A stretch of 64,000 nucleotides of DNA from NCBI GenBank assembly GCA_965263355.1, contig CBDHHL010000032.1, positions 2,784,001 through 2,848,000 on the forward strand. The letters run 5' to 3'. This document shows, piece by piece, positions 60,801 to 64,000 of the stretch. Under the pieces are notes generated by a model. That model worked only from the letters and a program-made list of their open reading frames with translations. It was not told the DNA's origin and did not search any database. The first letter of the stretch is position 1; each line of letters opens with the position of its first letter. Source of the stretch: Leptolyngbyaceae cyanobacterium (lineage in GTDB: Bacteria; Cyanobacteriota; Cyanobacteriia; Phormidesmidales; Phormidesmidaceae). The position numbers and the translations under genes are program-made.

Positions 60801-62540
60801 TCACTCAGAAAAGATTGGCTGGAAATCATATCGCTCATCGTCTTGATCGGCTGCATCAGTGGGTAAAAGCTTTACCAACTTCGCATGGCCTATGCGGTCA
60901 CCATTATTATCGAACTTAACAATACCGGTCGCCCCATCTATCGAAAACCTATCCGCAGCCAGACTAACCCCAATGCCAGTACGGGTGGGTGATGGATGAT
61001 TTTCGTCTAATGCTTTGCCAAAGGTCAAAATAGCATCATAGGCCATGGCAGATAGCCAATGAATGTCTGTATCCCAAAGTGAGTTAGCCTGATCAGGACT
61101 TGACGCTCTATCAGCAAATTCCAAGGGAATTGACGATATGCTCGTGCGAGCAAAGTTCATATCCCAAAATGAAACAGCGACCAGTTTATTAACCTGATCG
61201 CCGCATTTTGAGATTCTGGAGTCATACATGGCATTGTTGCCAATGATTAGAATGCTGTCAGATAGTTGACGGCTCAAAGTGCCAACTTTCAGGGCATTTG
61301 CAATAGATTTATCGGAATGCGAAGGTAATAACATAATAGTGTCGATTGCTCCTGAGCTAATCAACTGTTCGAGGGAGTTAATCAAAAACTCACTTTTATC
61401 AGAGTCAAGATCAGATAAATTAAACGACTTAACAACTTGTCCATTAGGAATATTGTTGTTGATGAAAGTTTCAAATCGCTCTTTTACAGGCTCACTATAG
61501 CCTGTAGCCTCTTTCTCATTATCTTCTGTGTAGAAGACCGCAACCTGACTGCGATTCTGGGCTAGTAAATATGCCCCAATTTTTTCGACTGCGATAATGT
61601 CATTGGGTACGGTACGGAAGCCAAATGTGTTGCCTGGTGGAAGTTCTGCAGAGGTGCTTGTTGGTGAGATTGACGTTAACCCACTGTTTGCATATACTCT
61701 TCTTGCTGCTAACGTTGCCTTGCTAGCATTGTGGCCGACAACTCCCAAAATATTTTGCTGCTTGACCAGCATCTGAGCAACAGTCTCGGCGCTCTGTGGG
61801 CTGTTGGCAAAATCATTAACAATCAATAGCTTCAGGGGGACGCCCTGAATGCCTCCGGCTTTATTAATATCATCCTGGGCCTGAGCGGCACCTCTTAAAA
61901 CTGCCATGGCCGTGTTAAAGCCAGAACCAGGTTCGCCACTCTGTAAGGACACAGTGACTGCTAACCCGTAGGAACGGCTAGATTGGTTGGCTAATGCATT
62001 GTTGAGATAGATCAGTGTTTCAGGCGAATTTTTATGAATAGTTCTGGCGGCTTTAAATCTGTTGATAGCCGTCTGATATTGACCAGCAGCATACTGTTCT
62101 ATACCCTCTCGTTTGGCTATTCTGAAGTCCTCAACTTTCTTTCCGTAGTTCTCGACTGATTGGGGAATAGTTGTTTCCTCTTGAATGAGGATTCTTTCTC
62201 CAGAACTAGTGATTTTGTTTTCCAGTTCTGGAAAGTCTAGTTTGAAAAGTTCCTGGGGTAGAATTATGCTATTTGCTGACTCTGATTCAGGGGGAGTGAC
62301 AGCTGTATCATTTATCTTGAAACAAACTAAGCTGTTAGCATCAAATTTAGTTGATTCAGTAATTTGAGGGGTGCCTGATTCGGGAATTTGAGATTCTCTA
62401 GAGATAGCACTTCTATATATAGTGATTCCAGATATGACTATGCCAGATAACGTGGCGGCAATTCCGATGACAGCTAGTGAAGAGTAAGCAACCAAATTTA
62501 GCCCTGATGCAACAGTATGGCTTCTGCTACGGTCTCGCAT
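60801..62540 (-). CDS. Membrane-anchored branched-chain-amino-acid-type substrate-binding protein
   Basis: N-terminal TM, PETLIYLNNA, LRGAAQAQ, GVVGHN.S, ISPTSTS, FRTVPND, AYDA, GATGIVKFD.NGDR. Confidence 0.85.
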   Translation of the reverse strand: MRDRSRSHTVASGLNLVAYSSLAVIGIAATLSGIVISGITIYRSAISRESQIPESGTPQITESTKFDANSLVCFKINDTAVTPPESESANSIILPQELFKLDFPELENKITSSGERILIQEETTIPQSVENYGKKVEDFRIAKREGIEQYAAGQYQTAINRFKAARTIHKNSPETLIYLNNALANQSSRSYGLAVTVSLQSGEPGSGFNTAMAVLRGAAQAQDDINKAGGIQGVPLKLLIVNDFANSPQSAETVAQMLVKQQNILGVVGHNASKATLAARRVYANSGLTSISPTSTSAELPPGNTFGFRTVPNDIIAVEKIGAYLLAQNRSQVAVFYTEDNEKEATGYSEPVKERFETFINNNIPNGQVVKSFNLSDLDSDKSEFLINSLEQLISSGAIDTIMLLPSHSDKSIANALKVGTLSRQLSDSILIIGNNAMYDSRISKCGDQVNKLVAVSFWDMNFARTSISSIPLEFADRASSPDQANSLWDTDIHWLSAMAYDAILTFGKALDENHPSPTRTGIGVSLAADRFSIDGATGIVKFDNNGDRIGHAKLVKLLPTDAADQDDERYDFQPIFSE

Positions 62541-62727
62541 GGGAAGAAAGTAATTGAATCGTACTGAATTCTCTACATGAAAAAATTACACTTCGTCCCC
62601 ATATATTTAGCTTACACAAAAAATATGCTTAAATTCCTAAATCCTTATGATTTGTATCAATAGCCTACTTATGGGCCTGAATAAATATCAGGCCCATAAG
62701 CTATGGACAGTGAGCTGAACGTTTTAT

Positions 62728-63210
62728 CTATACGAGTTGAGCTTGAGCCCGTTTCTCCAATGCTGCCCAGGTTTTGGGGCCAACGATACCGTCTGCATAA
62801 ATTTTGCTAGCAGCTTGATATGCTTTGACAGCCGCTTCAGTACGAGGACCAAATATGGCGTCAATTGGCCCCACATCTTTGGGATCCAATGTAGTTTGTA
62901 GTACGGTAACGTCGTTACCTTGGTCCCCTCGGCGAACTATAGGAAGTTGATTGATGAGGGCCGTATTTGCTTTCAGCGAACGCCATGTGAGAGGACCGGC
63001 AATACCGTCTTGGAATAACAGATAGCGAAATTGAGCAATACGAACAGCAGCTTCTGTTTTGGGGCCATATAGACCATCTAGCTTGAGAGCTGTGATGACT
63101 CCGCCGACAGGATTGCCTGCAAATCGATCATTGAGCACAGATTGTAGATCAATGACTGCGGGACCGCGATCGCCAATTTTAAGTGTTGGAAAGAAGGTTG
63201 TAGTTTGCAT
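62728..63210 (-). CDS. Peptidoglycan-binding domain protein (2x PG_binding_1)
   Basis: Two LxxGDxG..V..LQ...DG.(Y/F)GP.T..AV...Q....DGI.GP.TW units. Confidence 0.9.
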   Translation of the reverse strand: MQTTTFFPTLKIGDRGPAVIDLQSVLNDRFAGNPVGGVITALKLDGLYGPKTEAAVRIAQFRYLLFQDGIAGPLTWRSLKANTALINQLPIVRRGDQGNDVTVLQTTLDPKDVGPIDAIFGPRTEAAVKAYQAASKIYADGIVGPKTWAALEKRAQAQLV

Positions 63211-63421
63211 AGAATTAACCCTGAAAGTGTGTAGTACTACAGTGATACGGTTGCAGGGTTAAAAATTACGGAAATCAAACAAATAATATTAAATTGGCAT
63301 GTCTTAACCTTGATTCAAATGTCCTAGATGCGAACAAGGTTGAAATAAAAAAGTTATGCCTTGTTCAGACATAACTCTTTTGTAAAAGTATGAAGGGGTA
63401 TTTGTGAGCTATCGGTTTCGT

Positions 63422-63970
63422 TTAACCGCCAACACGAATTAGTTCTACGTCAAAAATGAGGGTAGCATTGGGTGGAATGACACCACCTGCACCACGAGGA
63501 CCATACCCTAACTCAGGGGGGATAACTAGTTTGCGGCGACCACCAACACGCATAGTGGCGACACCTTCATCCCAACCTTTGATTACTTGACCAACGCCAA
63601 TGGTGAATGAGAAAGGGCGGTTGCGATCGCGACTGCTATCAAACTTTTCACCATTTTCTAAAGTACCCGTGTAGTGTACTGTCACTGCCTGGCCCTTGGT
63701 AGGGAGTGCGCCAGTACCGACCTCAAGGTCTTCATACATAAGGCCAGAGTCCGTGGTTGTCATATTGTCGGACATGTTAGTATTAGTTTCCTCGGTTTCT
63801 GCGGGGTTTAGATCAGACGCTGCCTGAGCCACTAATGTGGATTGTTCAGTTTTGCCAGTCATATCTGTGCTCACATTACTGGCGACAGCCTCACTGCCTC
63901 TAAGCTGTGTAGCTAACGCTACAACACAGCAAATTGCGAAAACCCCCAGACTAATAAAAACTTCTTTCAC
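63422..63970 (-). CDS. FKBP-type peptidyl-prolyl cis-trans isomerase
   Basis: [50 protein letters not shown]. Confidence 0.96.
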   Translation of the reverse strand: MKEVFISLGVFAICCVVALATQLRGSEAVASNVSTDMTGKTEQSTLVAQAASDLNPAETEETNTNMSDNMTTTDSGLMYEDLEVGTGALPTKGQAVTVHYTGTLENGEKFDSSRDRNRPFSFTIGVGQVIKGWDEGVATMRVGGRRKLVIPPELGYGPRGAGGVIPPNATLIFDVELIRVGG

Positions 63971-64000
63971 AGTTTGTTCTCCCAGTGCGATAGCAGAAGT

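Overview
A 64-kb chromosomal window from a cyanobacterium. The HIP1 palindrome GCGATCGC is frequent, and the gene content suggests a filamentous, probably marine, Leptolyngbyaceae-like organism (inference). The left end holds the edge of a secondary-metabolite cluster. It has a hybrid adenylation-ACP-KS-AT megasynthase that runs off the window (<1..4033, absent from the ORF track), a LeuA-like synthase and a fused LeuD-LeuC dehydratase, together resembling an HphA/HphCD chain-elongation cassette. Between those last two genes a two-gene nucleotidyltransferase cassette is inserted, flanked by a ~264-bp duplication of the synthase 3' end. Next come an RTX-type M10 metalloprotease followed by a secreted TIMP-like (CSC-start) protein, a decayed HepT-like toxin, Uma2, TPR-CHAT and argS. 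These are followed by a collagen-like protein, a large SdrD-repeat adhesin with a thioester-domain-like N-terminus, YhcG, a divergent phycobiliprotein-like ORF and a CRP-box-associated secreted repeat peptide. The right half is core genome around the replication origin: dnaN-oriC-dnaA with DnaA boxes and DnaA-trios, then htrA, def, deaD, mutS and FKBP, plus an uncharacterised four-gene envelope cluster with LexA-like boxes. No rRNA, tRNA, CRISPR array or transposase was recognised. All family calls come from reading motifs by eye; no database search was run.
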